32,000 nt of DNA from Candidatus Saccharimonadota bacterium (GCA_049942765.1 CP188086.1:330001-362000), one strand, 5' to 3'; counted from the first letter of the stretch, positions 1 to 10,558 are shown. Translations and numbers: made by a program. Notes: generated by a model not told the origin, from the sequence alone.

Positions 1-121
1 TGTTTCTAATAGTAGAATACTGTAAAAATATAACAACCATTGTAATAAATAAAATTATCAAAGTTATAACTTTTGCTGAAAATAAAGCATAATCATAAAA
101 AAAATACACAATTATCACCAT
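1..121 (-). CDS. sohB: Probable protease SohB, N-terminal 40 codons only (gene runs off the left edge)
   Basis: Hand translation of the minus strand from the ATG (cat at 119-121) gives MVIIVYFFYDYALFSAKVITLIILFITMVVIFLQYSTIRN, open to position 1. The YALFSAKVITLI segment resembles the E. coli SohB N-terminus (YGLFLAKIVTVV). sohB next to rluB fits my recollection of Buchnera gene order. It is too short to appear on the ORF track. Confidence 0.5.
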   Translation of the reverse strand, partial: MVIIVYFFYDYALFSAKVITLIILFITMVVIFLQYSTIRN

Positions 122-152
122 TTTATATTATGATTTTAAATCATAATATAAA
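122..152. repeat. Perfect 31-nt palindrome (15-bp arms, 1-nt centre): tttatattatgattt-t-aaatcataatataaa
   Basis: Pairing was checked base by base around centre 137. All 15 pairs are complementary and position 121/153 breaks the symmetry. It sits directly against the putative sohB ATG (119-121) in the rluB-sohB spacer. Its function is unknown. Confidence 0.85.
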
Positions 153-212
153 TACTATGGAGTTATATTCCATAATATATATTATAATTAAATACCATAA
201 AAACATTATATT

Positions 213-965
213 TTAAGTAAATTTTATGTTTACTGATTGACAAAGTCGATCAACTTCTGTTTTACTTAATTCTTTATAAGAACCACGAATTAAATTATTT
301 GGCAATACAAAATCACCATAACGAATACGTATTAATTTATTAACTGAATAATTAATGGATTTCCAAAGTCGTCTAACCTCTTTATTTTTACCTTCAGATA
401 AAATTACTCGAAACCATTTATTTTTACCTGTTCCACCACAATAAGATATTTTATCAAAATGTGCAAAACCATCTATAAAATTTTTTCCTATTATTAAACT
501 TTTAATTTTTTTTGTATTGTCTTTAGTACTAAAAACTCTTACTTTATATTCTCGTTCTACTTTAAATTTAGGATGCATTAAAGCATAAGCTAGATCACCG
601 CAATTAGTTAATAACAACAATCCACTAGTGTTAATATCTAATCTACCTACACTAATCCATTTTTGATTATTAATATTTGGTAATTTTTTAAATATTGTTT
701 TTCTATTATTAGGATCATGATGAGTGCAAATTTCACCAACTGGTTTATGATATAATAAAACTCTAACGAATTTTGATTTATGACGAATAAAAGTGTAATG
801 TTGATTATTACAGATTACATTATAAATAGAATTAGGTGACAACCTATCACCAATCTTTATTTTTATGTTATTCACATATAACAAACCAGAAATAATAATT
901 TTTTCAATTTTTCTTCTTGATCCCAAACCGTAATTAGCTAATATTTTTTGTACTTTTTCTATCAT
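213..965 (-). CDS. rluB: 23S rRNA pseudouridine synthase RluB
   Basis: ORF 213..1043. It has an S4-like N-terminus (KVQKILANYGLGSRRKIEKII) and the RsuA/RluB catalytic aspartate motif VGRLDINTSGLLLLTN. I moved the start to the internal ATG at 963-965 (MIEKVQ...) because the 26 upstream codons are low-complexity and have no RluB counterpart. Confidence 0.9.
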   Translation of the reverse strand: MIEKVQKILANYGLGSRRKIEKIIISGLLYVNNIKIKIGDRLSPNSIYNVICNNQHYTFIRHKSKFVRVLLYHKPVGEICTHHDPNNRKTIFKKLPNINNQKWISVGRLDINTSGLLLLTNCGDLAYALMHPKFKVEREYKVRVFSTKDNTKKIKSLIIGKNFIDGFAHFDKISYCGGTGKNKWFRVILSEGKNKEVRRLWKSINYSVNKLIRIRYGDFVLPNNLIRGSYKELSKTEVDRLCQSVNIKFT

Positions 966-1138
966 ATTTATATACTTATAAAAACAAATAGTTATTATGA
1001 AATATTCAAAATAACAATCATTGAAAATTATATAATAATACAAATTTTACTGATATAACATAAGTAATAACAACAATTAAAAACAAATGGTTTTAAAAAA
1101 CTGTAAACATTAAAACTATATTCAGTGATATGATACGA

Positions 1139-2038
1139 TCAAATCAATCTTCTTTTTTTAAAAAAATTACAAGGATATAATGTAAAACATAACCCTATCA
1201 TTAAAAATCCATACATACATAAAATATCATAAGAAATGATATTATCAAAAATATAGTATTCCAACACTAAAGAAATTAAAGGAAAAATTAAAAAAACAAT
1301 TGATGCTTGTAACATACTAACTTTTGTTTGTAAATAAAAATATGACAGTATTCCACATACTCCAGATATATTTCCTAAATACAATAAAGCTAAAATCGAT
1401 TCTATAGAAAAATTTAATACATTTGGATGCTCTACAAAAATAGAAAGAATTAACAACACAAAACCAGAAAATAAAGAAGGTAAAGCATTTAAAGTAAATA
1501 CAGAAATTTTTGATAATTCATATTTCGATTTAACATATATTATAGAATGACTTAATACTGCCAATAATAATGCTATTACTCCTTTAATATTGTTATTAGA
1601 ATTACTATGTAATTCCATTATTATAATTACAATTAATGATACTATTGAAATTAATATTCCAATAATTTTTGTTACACAAATTTTTTCTCTTATAGTTATT
1701 ATAGAAACAACTAACATTAATACAGGCATACTTGAAAAAATCATCGATGCAAAAGATGAAATAACGTATGAACCTCCATATAACATTAATGTAAATGGTA
1801 CTAAAAAATAAAAAATACATATAAAAAATTGAAATATTTTTTTATTAGGTGGAAATAATAAAGGTTTTTTGGTAAAAATTGCTATTCCTATTAATACTGG
1901 AGCAGTAATCAGAAATCTCATGGAAGTGGCACATAAAGGTGGAATAGTTAATAATACGATTTTCATAGCTATCCAAGTAGTTCCCCACGTTATTGCAACA
2001 ACAAAAAACAGTAAAACAATAAGTAATTTACTAATCAT
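1139..2038 (-). CDS. yedA: EamA/DMT-family inner-membrane transporter (YedA-like)
   Basis: 299-aa polytopic hydrophobic protein with the two-fold internal architecture typical of drug/metabolite transporters. It occupies the slot between rluB and trpD where I recall yedA in Buchnera. The family call is by resemblance, not by a strict motif. Confidence 0.75.
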   Translation of the reverse strand: MISKLLIVLLFFVVAITWGTTWIAMKIVLLTIPPLCATSMRFLITAPVLIGIAIFTKKPLLFPPNKKIFQFFICIFYFLVPFTLMLYGGSYVISSFASMIFSSMPVLMLVVSIITIREKICVTKIIGILISIVSLIVIIIMELHSNSNNNIKGVIALLLAVLSHSIIYVKSKYELSKISVFTLNALPSLFSGFVLLILSIFVEHPNVLNFSIESILALLYLGNISGVCGILSYFYLQTKVSMLQASIVFLIFPLISLVLEYYIFDNIISYDILCMYGFLMIGLCFTLYPCNFFKKRRLI

Positions 2039-2450
2039 TATTACCTCATTATTTAAAATAATTCTTTTAATTGTTTTAATTTTAATTTATATAAATTAAA
2101 TTTATTAAAAAATAAAAATAAAAAATATTTTTAAATAAAAATATTTATTGTTATTAATTAATAATCCCAACACATATCAGTGAAGTATACATACCTCTTA
2201 AATTTTATATTAAAAATATTGTTTATATAATACTTTATATTAATTTTAATTATTACAATTAAAAAACATAATATAAAAAAAAATAATTTATTTTTTACAA
2301 ATAAATTGCTATCAACATATAATATTCTAATTTATAAAAAACAATAAACGAACAAAATAAAAATCAATGATTTTTCATTAAATCATGTTAATATAAATAT
2401 ATTTATATAAATAATATATTTTTATTTATTCTTTAATATTAAAATAATTT

Positions 2451-3464
2451 ATGAAAAAAATATTGAACAAATTATATCAATTACAATCATTATCTGAATT
2501 AGAAAGTTATGATTTATTTAGTAATTTTATCAACGGGGGTATCAGTAACATACAATTAACATCAATTTTAATCGCTATAAAAATGAGATCTATCACACCA
2601 GAAGAAATTGTTGGTATAGTTAAAGCATTTCTAAAACAATGTCAAACTTTTCCAAAACCAAATTATTTATATGCTGATATTGTAGGTACAGGTGGAGATT
2701 GTAAACATACTATCAATATTTCTACAATTAGTGCTTTAGTCGCAGCAATAGCAAATCTTAAAATTGTTAAACATTGTAATAGAAATATTTCTAGTCAATC
2801 TGGTTCTTCTGATTTTTTAAATCATTACAAAATTAATTTACAATTATCTTCTTTACAATCACGAAATATGTTAGATTCGCATAATATTTGTTTTTTGTTA
2901 GCCACGAAATATCATACCGGTTTTAAACAAGCAATGATTGTTAGAAAAGAACTGTCAACAACCACGTTATTCAATATAATAGGACCATTATTAAATCCAT
3001 CTTCACCACCATTAATTATGATTGGAGTCTACCATAGAACATTATTAAGCATTATTGCTAAAAGTTTACAATTGTTAAACTACCAACGTGCTATTGTCAT
3101 ACATAGCAACGGAACAGATGAAGCTACAGTTCATGGAATTACTCATATAGTAGAAATTAATGATCACAAAATACAATCTTATCAATTAACAGCACAACAT
3201 TTTGGATTAAATATTAAAAATAATACGTCTTTAAATGATATTTATTTTAAAAACAACTATGACAATATTAATAATTTATTAAATGGAAATGGAAAATTAA
3301 TTCATATGCAAACAATTGCTATAAATGTATCTTTATTATTAAAATTATTTGGATATGAAAATCTAAAGGAAAATACAGAATATGCGTTATCAATTATTAA
3401 AAGTGGTAATATTCTAAAATTTATGAAAAAAATTTCAAATAATTATCAAGTCAGGAAATCATAA
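2451..3464 (+). CDS. trpD: Anthranilate phosphoribosyltransferase
   Basis: 337 aa with the GTGGD motif (ADIVGTGGDCKHTINIST) and NIIGPLLNP. This is stand-alone TrpD length, with no fused TrpG domain. It is the first gene of a trpDCBA run. Confidence 0.95.
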   Translation: MKKILNKLYQLQSLSELESYDLFSNFINGGISNIQLTSILIAIKMRSITPEEIVGIVKAFLKQCQTFPKPNYLYADIVGTGGDCKHTINISTISALVAAIANLKIVKHCNRNISSQSGSSDFLNHYKINLQLSSLQSRNMLDSHNICFLLATKYHTGFKQAMIVRKELSTTTLFNIIGPLLNPSSPPLIMIGVYHRTLLSIIAKSLQLLNYQRAIVIHSNGTDEATVHGITHIVEINDHKIQSYQLTAQHFGLNIKNNTSLNDIYFKNNYDNINNLLNGNGKLIHMQTIAINVSLLLKLFGYENLKENTEYALSIIKSGNILKFMKKISNNYQVRKS

Positions 3465-4831
3465 TGAAAGAAAATATACTACAAAAAATTTTGTATAGAA
3501 AAAAATTATGGTTAACAAGACAAAAAAAAAAACAACCATTGCATACCATCAAACATAAAATTTGTTCATCTCAAAGAAATTTTTATAATGCTTTAAAAAA
3601 AGATACCCCGTCTTTTATTTTAGAATGTAAAAAATATTCTCCATCAAAAGGCTTATTAAATTCCAACTTTAACATTAACAATATAGCTTTAATATATAAA
3701 AAATATGCATCAGTAATTTCAGTAATTACTGATGAAGACTATTTTCAAGGGAATTTTGAATATTTACTACAATTTAGTACTTTAGTTCATCAACCATTAT
3801 TGTGTAAAGATTTTTTTATTGATCCTTATCAAATTTATTTAGCTAGATATTATCAAGCTGATGCAATTTTATTGATGTTATCAGTATTAACTGATAACCA
3901 ATATACATTATTATCTAATATAGCTAAAGAATTAAATATGGGTGTATTAACTGAAGTTAATAATTTTTCTGAATTAAATCGAGCTATTGCTTTACAGTCA
4001 AATATTATTGGAATTAACAATCGAAATCTCAATAATCTAACCATTGATATGAATACAACTAAAATATTAGCCGAAAAAATACCTAAGAAAATTATAGTAA
4101 TTTCTGAATCTGGTTTTTCAAAATATACTCAAATTAGACAATTTAGTAATATAGTTCAAGGTTTTTTAATTGGAACTACATTGATGTTGTCAAATAATCT
4201 AGAAAAAGCTATATGTAAATTAATAATGGGTGAAAATAAAATTTGTGGACTTACTAGATTAGAAGATGCCATACAATCAGATTACTATGGTGCTATATAT
4301 GGTGGTTTAATTTTTTGCCCTCAATCATTAAGAAAAATCAATATTAATATAGCACTTAAAATAATACAATGTAACAAATTAAAATATATAGGGGTTTTTT
4401 ATAATGAAGACATTAAAAAAATTAATAAAATAATTAATGTTTTGTCTTTATATGGTGTACAACTACATGGTACAGAAAACCAAGAATATATTGATCAATT
4501 ATCTCAATGTATTCCCAAAACAACTAAGATTTGGAAAGCTCTTCATATTCATAATATGATACCAAATTATAATTGGAAACATATTAATAAGTATATTTTA
4601 GATCATAAAAATGGCGGAGGTTCTAATAAAACATTTAATTGGTCTTTATTAAACAAAAAAAATACAAAAAATATATTGTTAGCTGGAGGTGTAAATGAAA
4701 TTAACTGCTTACAAGCTTCTAAACTTGGTTGTGATGGATTAGATTTAAACTCTGGTGTTGAAATATCACCTGGATTGAAAGATATAAATAAAATTAAAAC
4801 AATTTTTAAAATTTTAAGATATTACCAATAA
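3464..4831 (+). CDS. trpC: Bifunctional indole-3-glycerol-phosphate synthase / phosphoribosylanthranilate isomerase
   Basis: 455 aa. The IGPS motif [13 protein letters not shown] lies in the N-terminal half and a PRAI-like C-terminal half follows (KICGLTR ... LAGGV ... GLDLNSGVE). The start ATG shares 1 nt with the trpD stop (TAATG). Confidence 0.95.
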   Translation: MKENILQKILYRKKLWLTRQKKKQPLHTIKHKICSSQRNFYNALKKDTPSFILECKKYSPSKGLLNSNFNINNIALIYKKYASVISVITDEDYFQGNFEYLLQFSTLVHQPLLCKDFFIDPYQIYLARYYQADAILLMLSVLTDNQYTLLSNIAKELNMGVLTEVNNFSELNRAIALQSNIIGINNRNLNNLTIDMNTTKILAEKIPKKIIVISESGFSKYTQIRQFSNIVQGFLIGTTLMLSNNLEKAICKLIMGENKICGLTRLEDAIQSDYYGAIYGGLIFCPQSLRKININIALKIIQCNKLKYIGVFYNEDIKKINKIINVLSLYGVQLHGTENQEYIDQLSQCIPKTTKIWKALHIHNMIPNYNWKHINKYILDHKNGGGSNKTFNWSLLNKKNTKNILLAGGVNEINCLQASKLGCDGLDLNSGVEISPGLKDINKIKTIFKILRYYQ

Positions 4832-4869
4832 TAATAAGTTATTTAGAATATGTAATTGGAATCTATAAT

Positions 4870-6072
4870 ATGACAATATTAAATCCTTATTTTGGAGAAT
4901 TCGGAGGTATGTATGTTCCTCAAATATTAATTCCTCCTTTAAATTTATTAGAAAAAGAATTTTTTAAAGCATCTCACGATAGTAATTTTAACAATTCATT
5001 ATCTGATTTATTACATAACTATGCTGGAAGACCTACACCTTTAACATTATGTCAAAATATAACTAAAGGGACCAATACAAAAATTTATTTAAAACGTGAA
5101 GATTTACTTCATGGAGGAGCCCATAAAACAAATCAAGTTTTAGGTCAAGCGTTGTTAGCTATAAGAATGAAAAAAAAGGAAATAATAGCAGAAACAGGTG
5201 CTGGACAACATGGAGTAGCTACCGCTATTGCTTGTTCACTATTAGGTTTAAAATGTCGTATTTATATGGGTTCAAAAGATATAAAAAGACAAAAACAAAA
5301 TGTTTTTAGAATGCAATTGTTAGGAGCATCTGTAATTTCAGTTGATAATGGTTCATGTAGTCTTAAAGATGCTTGTATAGAAGCTATAAGAGATTGGTCT
5401 GAAAATTATAATTCCTCTCATTATATTTTAGGAACAGCTGCTGGTCCTCATCCATATCCTACTATTGTACGAGAATTTCAAAAAATAATTGGTATAGAGA
5501 CCAAACAACAAATTTTAAAAAAAGAAAAAAGATTACCAGATGCTATCTTTGCATGTATAGGAGGTGGATCCAATGCTATTGGAATCTTTAATGAATTTAT
5601 TGATGAACGATCAGTAAAATTAATAGGTATTGAACCGGGTGGTATAAATATTGATTCGAATAAACACGGAGCATCATTATGTTATGGAAAAACAGGGATT
5701 TATTTTGGTATGAAATCTAAAATATTACAAAATCATGAAGGTCAAATTCGAGAATCATGGTCAATATCTGCAGGATTAGATTTTCCTTCAGTAGGTCCAC
5801 AACATGCTTGGTTACAAAAAATTAAACGAGTATCTTATGTAACTATTAAAGATTATGAAGCACTTAATAGTTTTATATTACTTTCTAAAAAAGAAGGTAT
5901 AATCCCCGCTTTAGAATCTGCACATGCATTAGCTTATGCTATAAAAAAAATGAATCAAAACCCCAACAAAAAACAAATTTTTATTATTAATTTATCAGGT
6001 AGAGGTGATAAAGATATTGTAACAGTACAAAAACTAATAAAAAAGGAAGTTATTAATGACAACACGTTATAA
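4870..6072 (+). CDS. trpB: Tryptophan synthase beta chain
   Basis: 400 aa with the PLP-lysine motif [18 protein letters not shown], and an N-terminus ([16 protein letters not shown]) typical of TrpB. Confidence 0.97.
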   Translation: MTILNPYFGEFGGMYVPQILIPPLNLLEKEFFKASHDSNFNNSLSDLLHNYAGRPTPLTLCQNITKGTNTKIYLKREDLLHGGAHKTNQVLGQALLAIRMKKKEIIAETGAGQHGVATAIACSLLGLKCRIYMGSKDIKRQKQNVFRMQLLGASVISVDNGSCSLKDACIEAIRDWSENYNSSHYILGTAAGPHPYPTIVREFQKIIGIETKQQILKKEKRLPDAIFACIGGGSNAIGIFNEFIDERSVKLIGIEPGGINIDSNKHGASLCYGKTGIYFGMKSKILQNHEGQIRESWSISAGLDFPSVGPQHAWLQKIKRVSYVTIKDYEALNSFILLSKKEGIIPALESAHALAYAIKKMNQNPNKKQIFIINLSGRGDKDIVTVQKLIKKEVINDNTL

Positions 6073-6865
6073 ATCATTATTTCATAATGTTTTTTTAAAA
6101 AAAGAGATATGTTTTATCCCATTTTTAATTTTAGGTGATCCTACAATAGAAATATCATTAAAAATTATCGATTCACTAATTAACAATGGAGTAGATGCAA
6201 TAGAATTAGGTTTTCCATTTTCAGATCCCATGGCTGATGGTCCTATCATACAACGTGCTAATTTAAGAGCTTTTAAAGCTAAAGTAACAGTAAAAAAATG
6301 TCTAGATATGGTCCATATCATCCGAAAAAAACATAAAAATATACCAATTGGTTTATTACTATATTCTAATCTGATAGTACAAAAAGGGATTTATCATTTT
6401 TATTCACAATGTAATAAAATTGGAATAGATTCAATCTTGATAGCAGATGTTCCTGTAGAAGAATATAATATTTTTTATAAGGCAGCCACACTATATAATA
6501 TAGATCCTATTTTTATTTGTCCTCCTAATGCTGAAGAAAAATTAATACAAAAAATTATTAAATACAGTAAGGGATATATTTATATGCTATCTAGACCAGG
6601 TGTTACTGGATTTCATAAAAACTATAATGACAATATTAGTTTTTTAATCAAGAAATTAAAAAAAATAACATCAATTCCATTAGTACAAGGTTTTGGTATT
6701 CATAATACAGAACAAATTAAAAATATTATTCAATTTGGATTAAACGGAGTTATTTGTGGTTCTGTTTTAATTAATATTATTGAAAAATATTCTCATAATA
6801 TAAAAAAAATGTTAAATATGCTAGTTTCATTATCAATTCAATTAAAAAATTCTACTAAATTATAA
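6056..6865 (+). CDS. trpA: Tryptophan synthase alpha chain
   Basis: 269 aa. MTTRYKSLF aligns with E. coli MERYESLF, and the active-site region [14 protein letters not shown] is present. It overlaps the trpB 3' end by 17 nt. Confidence 0.95.
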   Translation: MTTRYKSLFHNVFLKKEICFIPFLILGDPTIEISLKIIDSLINNGVDAIELGFPFSDPMADGPIIQRANLRAFKAKVTVKKCLDMVHIIRKKHKNIPIGLLLYSNLIVQKGIYHFYSQCNKIGIDSILIADVPVEEYNIFYKAATLYNIDPIFICPPNAEEKLIQKIIKYSKGYIYMLSRPGVTGFHKNYNDNISFLIKKLKKITSIPLVQGFGIHNTEQIKNIIQFGLNGVICGSVLINIIEKYSHNIKKMLNMLVSLSIQLKNSTKL

Positions 6866-7036
6866 AATAAATTATAAAATTTATAATATGTAAGTATAAA
6901 AAAATCATATACATATTTATTTTAAAAAATACTTAAAAATATTTTAAATACTAAAAATAAATATTAAATGTAATTATAATTTTTAAAAAAATATTGTTAT
7001 GTAATAACTGTTTAATCATTTTAATAAGGAACAAAA

Positions 7037-7768
7037 ATGTCTATTACGACAAAAATGTTATACAGTGAAACGTATAATTTTATAAAACAACAGATCAATT
7101 CAATAATAATTATTATTTTTATTAGTTCTTGTATTACGTCAATTATTGATAATATTTTTTCCCCTAATATATATGAAATATACAATCTACATTACAACCA
7201 TATAGATAATATATTTACAATATTTAACTTAACTACAATAGAACAAAAAATAATTATATTTAAATTATTATGTTTTAAAATAATCTCTAATCTTCTTAAT
7301 TACACATTATTATTTAGTATTTTAATTTCATATATCACTATCATATCAAAATATCATAGTCTAGATATAAAAAGTATATGTAAAAAAGTTATTTCTATAT
7401 TTCCATATTTATTAATCTTAACTTTATTAATTTCTATTATTATTCAATTAGGTTTTATGTTATTTATATTACCAGGAATTATAGGAACTATATTGCTTTC
7501 TTTATCTCCTATCATTTTAGTAATAGAAAAAAAAACTATTTTACATTCTATATATGATAGTATCAATTATACAAAAAATAACATATCATCATTATTACCT
7601 GCTGTGATATTATGGATGTCAAATAAATTTATAACATATATATTCATTAAATTATTATATATTCTTCCAATAATGTATATTACAGGATTACATATTTTTA
7701 TAAATAACTTTATAATAAGTATTGTAATAATTTATTTATATCGTTTTTATATAATTACTAAACAATAA
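7037..7768 (+). CDS. yciC: UPF0259 inner-membrane protein YciC
   Basis: 243 aa. The N-terminus MSITTKMLY..NF and the C-terminus IYLYRFYIITKQ parallel E. coli YciC (MSITAQSVY... / ...IYLFRLYMLIRQ). An AAGGA Shine-Dalgarno lies upstream of the ATG. Confidence 0.85.
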   Translation: MSITTKMLYSETYNFIKQQINSIIIIIFISSCITSIIDNIFSPNIYEIYNLHYNHIDNIFTIFNLTTIEQKIIIFKLLCFKIISNLLNYTLLFSILISYITIISKYHSLDIKSICKKVISIFPYLLILTLLISIIIQLGFMLFILPGIIGTILLSLSPIILVIEKKTILHSIYDSINYTKNNISSLLPAVILWMSNKFITYIFIKLLYILPIMYITGLHIFINNFIISIVIIYLYRFYIITKQ

Positions 7769-7800
7769 ATAATCTTATAAACTTATAATTGACATAATAT

Positions 7801-8331
7801 ATGAAAATTTTTTTAAACATTATTTCTTTATTAGTATTTTTTACAGTTTATCATAATTATAATATTTACATAGCTACTAACATATTAATGTTAATATCAA
7901 CTATTTCATTTTTTATTAATTATATGTTTTATAAAAAAATAGATATTACCGATATTGTTAATATTTCATTCATATTAATTTTTGGATATTTAACTATTCA
8001 TTTACATAATGCTATGTTTATAAAATGGAAAATAACAATATTATATTTTATAATATCGATAATATTTTATTATTACCATTTAAAAAAAAAAACACTATTT
8101 ATAACAACCATATTTAAAAATAAAAAATTTTTATCTAATCAAACATGGAAAAAATTAAATTTAGCTTGGGGGGGGTTTTTTTTATTATGTGGAATATTAA
8201 ATATATATATTATTTACTTTTTGTCAGAAACACTATGGATTTATTTTAAAATATTAGGTTTACCAATTTTAACTCTATTATTTATTATTATTAACTTAAT
8301 ATATATTTATATTATATATAAAAAAAATTAA
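7801..8331 (+). CDS. yciB: Intracellular septation protein A (YciB/IspZ)
   Basis: 176 aa. Conserved blocks FIKWKITILY and WKKLNLAWGGFFLLCGILNIYI match E. coli YciB ([32 protein letters not shown]). Confidence 0.87.
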   Translation: MKIFLNIISLLVFFTVYHNYNIYIATNILMLISTISFFINYMFYKKIDITDIVNISFILIFGYLTIHLHNAMFIKWKITILYFIISIIFYYYHLKKKTLFITTIFKNKKFLSNQTWKKLNLAWGGFFLLCGILNIYIIYFLSETLWIYFKILGLPILTLLFIIINLIYIYIIYKKN

Positions 8332-8369
8332 ATTATCTATAATTAATTATTAATATTTTGGTATTAGTC

Positions 8370-8786
8370 ATGACTAATTATACTGATCATAAATTAATCT
8401 ATAATGTTCCACAGGGAGAAATGGTATTACGTACTTTAGCTATGCCATCTAACACCAATGCTCACGGAGACATTTTTGGAGGTTGGATTATGTCTCAAAT
8501 GGATATAGGAGGTGCAATATTAGCTAAAGAAATAACTAAAGGACGAGTAGTTACTGTAAGTGTTAAAGATATGAATTTTTTAAAACCTATTAATGTTGGT
8601 GATATTGTAGGTTGCTATGCTAAATATTTAAAAACTGGCAATAGTTCTATAACTATACATGTAGAAGTATGGATTAAAAAAATAACATCGAAACCTATAA
8701 TAAATTTTTATCGTGCTACAGAAGCAACATTTATATATGTTTCTATTGATGAACATGGGAAACCAAAACAAATAATAAAAAAATAA
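8370..8786 (+). CDS. yciA: Acyl-CoA thioester hydrolase YciA (hotdog fold)
   Basis: NVPQGEMVLRTLAMPSNTNAHGDIFGGWIMSQMDIGGAILAKE is near-identical in pattern to E. coli YciA. The ORF track opens at a TTG (8358). I prefer the ATG at 8370 (MTNYTDHK...). Confidence 0.9.
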   Translation: MTNYTDHKLIYNVPQGEMVLRTLAMPSNTNAHGDIFGGWIMSQMDIGGAILAKEITKGRVVTVSVKDMNFLKPINVGDIVGCYAKYLKTGNSSITIHVEVWIKKITSKPIINFYRATEATFIYVSIDEHGKPKQIIKK

Positions 8787-9097
8787 AAAAAAATATATAT
8801 ATCTGATATATATATTTATATTAAAAAATAGTAGTAAAAAAATTTTAATCTAAATGTACTGCTACTTTATATAATACATTGTTATATTAATAAAAATTAT
8901 TCATTTTATACATATATATTTTTAATGATAAAATTAATTCTTAATACATAATTTTGATTATTAGTACAAAAAATTAAATAATTGTATATTTAATCAATAA
9001 TCGCTTCATAAAAATATGTATTAAATTATTTTTTAATATATTTAATATTTATAAATTTATTTAAATAATATATAAAAAATAATAGGATACTAAATCA

Positions 9098-10558
9098 ATG
9101 AATAATAACTATTTTTTATGTTCTTGGATGATTTTTTTAGGATATTGGTTTTTAATAGCATATTTTACAATTAAAATTTTAATTAAGAAAAAAACTCGTT
9201 ATTCATCTATTACTTGGTTGATACTTATTTATAAAGTCCCTTTTTTAGGAATGATCATTTGGTTATTTTTTGATGAACCTTACTTAAGTAAAAAAAAAAC
9301 TAAACTCATACATCAAATTTGGAAAAAAAATAACCAATGGTTACAAACCATACAACCTAAAAATTGTATTGTGAATAAAAAAAATAAATTAGATCATCCA
9401 TTATTACAACTATGTTATAAAAAAAAAAAAATATTAGGTGTCTCCAGTGATCACTTACAGCTATTAACAAACTCTAAAGATACTATTAGACAATTAATAC
9501 AAGATATTCATTTAGCAAAAAATAACATAGAAATGGTATTTTATATTTGGAGGCCCGGTGGACTAGCTGATGAAGTGGCAAAAGCATTAATATTATCTGC
9601 AAAAAGAGGTATTACCTGTAGATTAATGTTGGATTCTGCAGGAAGTATAGAATTTTTTAAAAGTAAGTGGGTACACATCATGCGACAAGCTGGTGTAAAT
9701 ATTGTAGAATCATTAAAAATTCATTTTTTTAAAAATTTATTTAATAGAGTTGATTTAAGACAACATCGAAAAATTATTTTGATTGATAATTATATTACTT
9801 ATACTGGAAGCATGAATTTAATAGATCCTAATTTATTTAAAACATCACATGGAATTGGAAAATGGATAGATTTAATGACAAGAATAGAAGGACCAGTAGC
9901 AACAGCTATAGGAATAATATACTCTAGTGATTGGGAATTTGAAACAGGAAAAAAAATCTTACCTTCTATGCCTACAAAAAATAACTCTTATTCTAAAAAA
10001 AACAATTTCACTACATCCATTCATATTATCGCCTCTGGTCCTGGATTTTCTGAACATGTAATTCACCAATCGTTTTTAATTGCTATTTATTCAGCTAAAA
10101 AACAATTAATCATTACCACTCCTTACTTAGTGCCAAGTTCCGATGTATTATATGCTATTTGTACAGCTGCTCAAAGAGGAGTTAAAGTTATAATTATTAT
10201 TCCTAAATATAATGATTCTATATTGGTACAATGGGCTAGTCGTGCTTTTTTTAGTGAATTATTGGAATCAGGGGTTAAAATTTATCAATTTAAACGAGGA
10301 TTATTACATAGTAAAAGTATATTAATAGATAACCAAATTAGCTTAATAGGTACCGCTAATTTAGATATGAGAAGTTTATGGTTAAACTTTGAAATAACAT
10401 TAGTTATAGATGATCAACAAATTGCTAATACTTTAGAATCTATTCAACATGAATATATACGAAATTCTAAACAAGTAAATGCTAAATTATGGTTTTCAAG
10501 ATCATATTGGAAAAGAATTTTAGAAAAGATAATTTATTTTTTTAGTCCTTTATTATAG
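9098..10558 (+). CDS. cls: Cardiolipin synthase A
   Basis: 486 aa, the same length as E. coli ClsA, with two N-terminal TM segments. It carries two phospholipase-D HKD motifs (HRKIILIDNYITYTGSMNLID and LHSKSILIDNQISLIGTANLD). Confidence 0.93.
   Translation: MNNNYFLCSWMIFLGYWFLIAYFTIKILIKKKTRYSSITWLILIYKVPFLGMIIWLFFDEPYLSKKKTKLIHQIWKKNNQWLQTIQPKNCIVNKKNKLDHPLLQLCYKKKKILGVSSDHLQLLTNSKDTIRQLIQDIHLAKNNIEMVFYIWRPGGLADEVAKALILSAKRGITCRLMLDSAGSIEFFKSKWVHIMRQAGVNIVESLKIHFFKNLFNRVDLRQHRKIILIDNYITYTGSMNLIDPNLFKTSHGIGKWIDLMTRIEGPVATAIGIIYSSDWEFETGKKILPSMPTKNNSYSKKNNFTTSIHIIASGPGFSEHVIHQSFLIAIYSAKKQLIITTPYLVPSSDVLYAICTAAQRGVKVIIIIPKYNDSILVQWASRAFFSELLESGVKIYQFKRGLLHSKSILIDNQISLIGTANLDMRSLWLNFEITLVIDDQQIANTLESIQHEYIRNSKQVNAKLWFSRSYWKRILEKIIYFFSPLL

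Noticed and set aside
966-1043. N-terminal extensions on the ORF track: rluB 966-1043, mnmA 22366-22398, and the TTG starts of yciA (8358) and lepA (23039)
   Set aside because: The extra residues have no counterpart in orthologues. Internal ATG codons restore the conserved N-terminal lengths.
1590-2099. ORFs 1590..1811 (+), 1605..1820 (-) and 1869..2099 (+) overlapping yedA
   Set aside because: They lie inside or antisense to a well-supported 299-aa transporter ORF. Their low-complexity Ile/Asn/Lys-rich translations are typical of chance open frames in about 80% AT DNA. They have no recognisable motif.
3853-4044. 63-aa antisense ORF within trpC; also 6082..6321 (-) within trpA
   Set aside because: They are antisense to strongly supported trp genes, short, and without motifs. 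Chance ORFs of this kind are expected.
8793-8815. Perfect AT-only palindrome atatatatatc-t-gatatatatat just after the yciA stop, as a possible terminator
   Set aside because: It is largely an (AT)n microsatellite, which is self-complementary by construction. It has one G:C pair per arm and no clean downstream T-tract, so it cannot be distinguished from low-complexity sequence.
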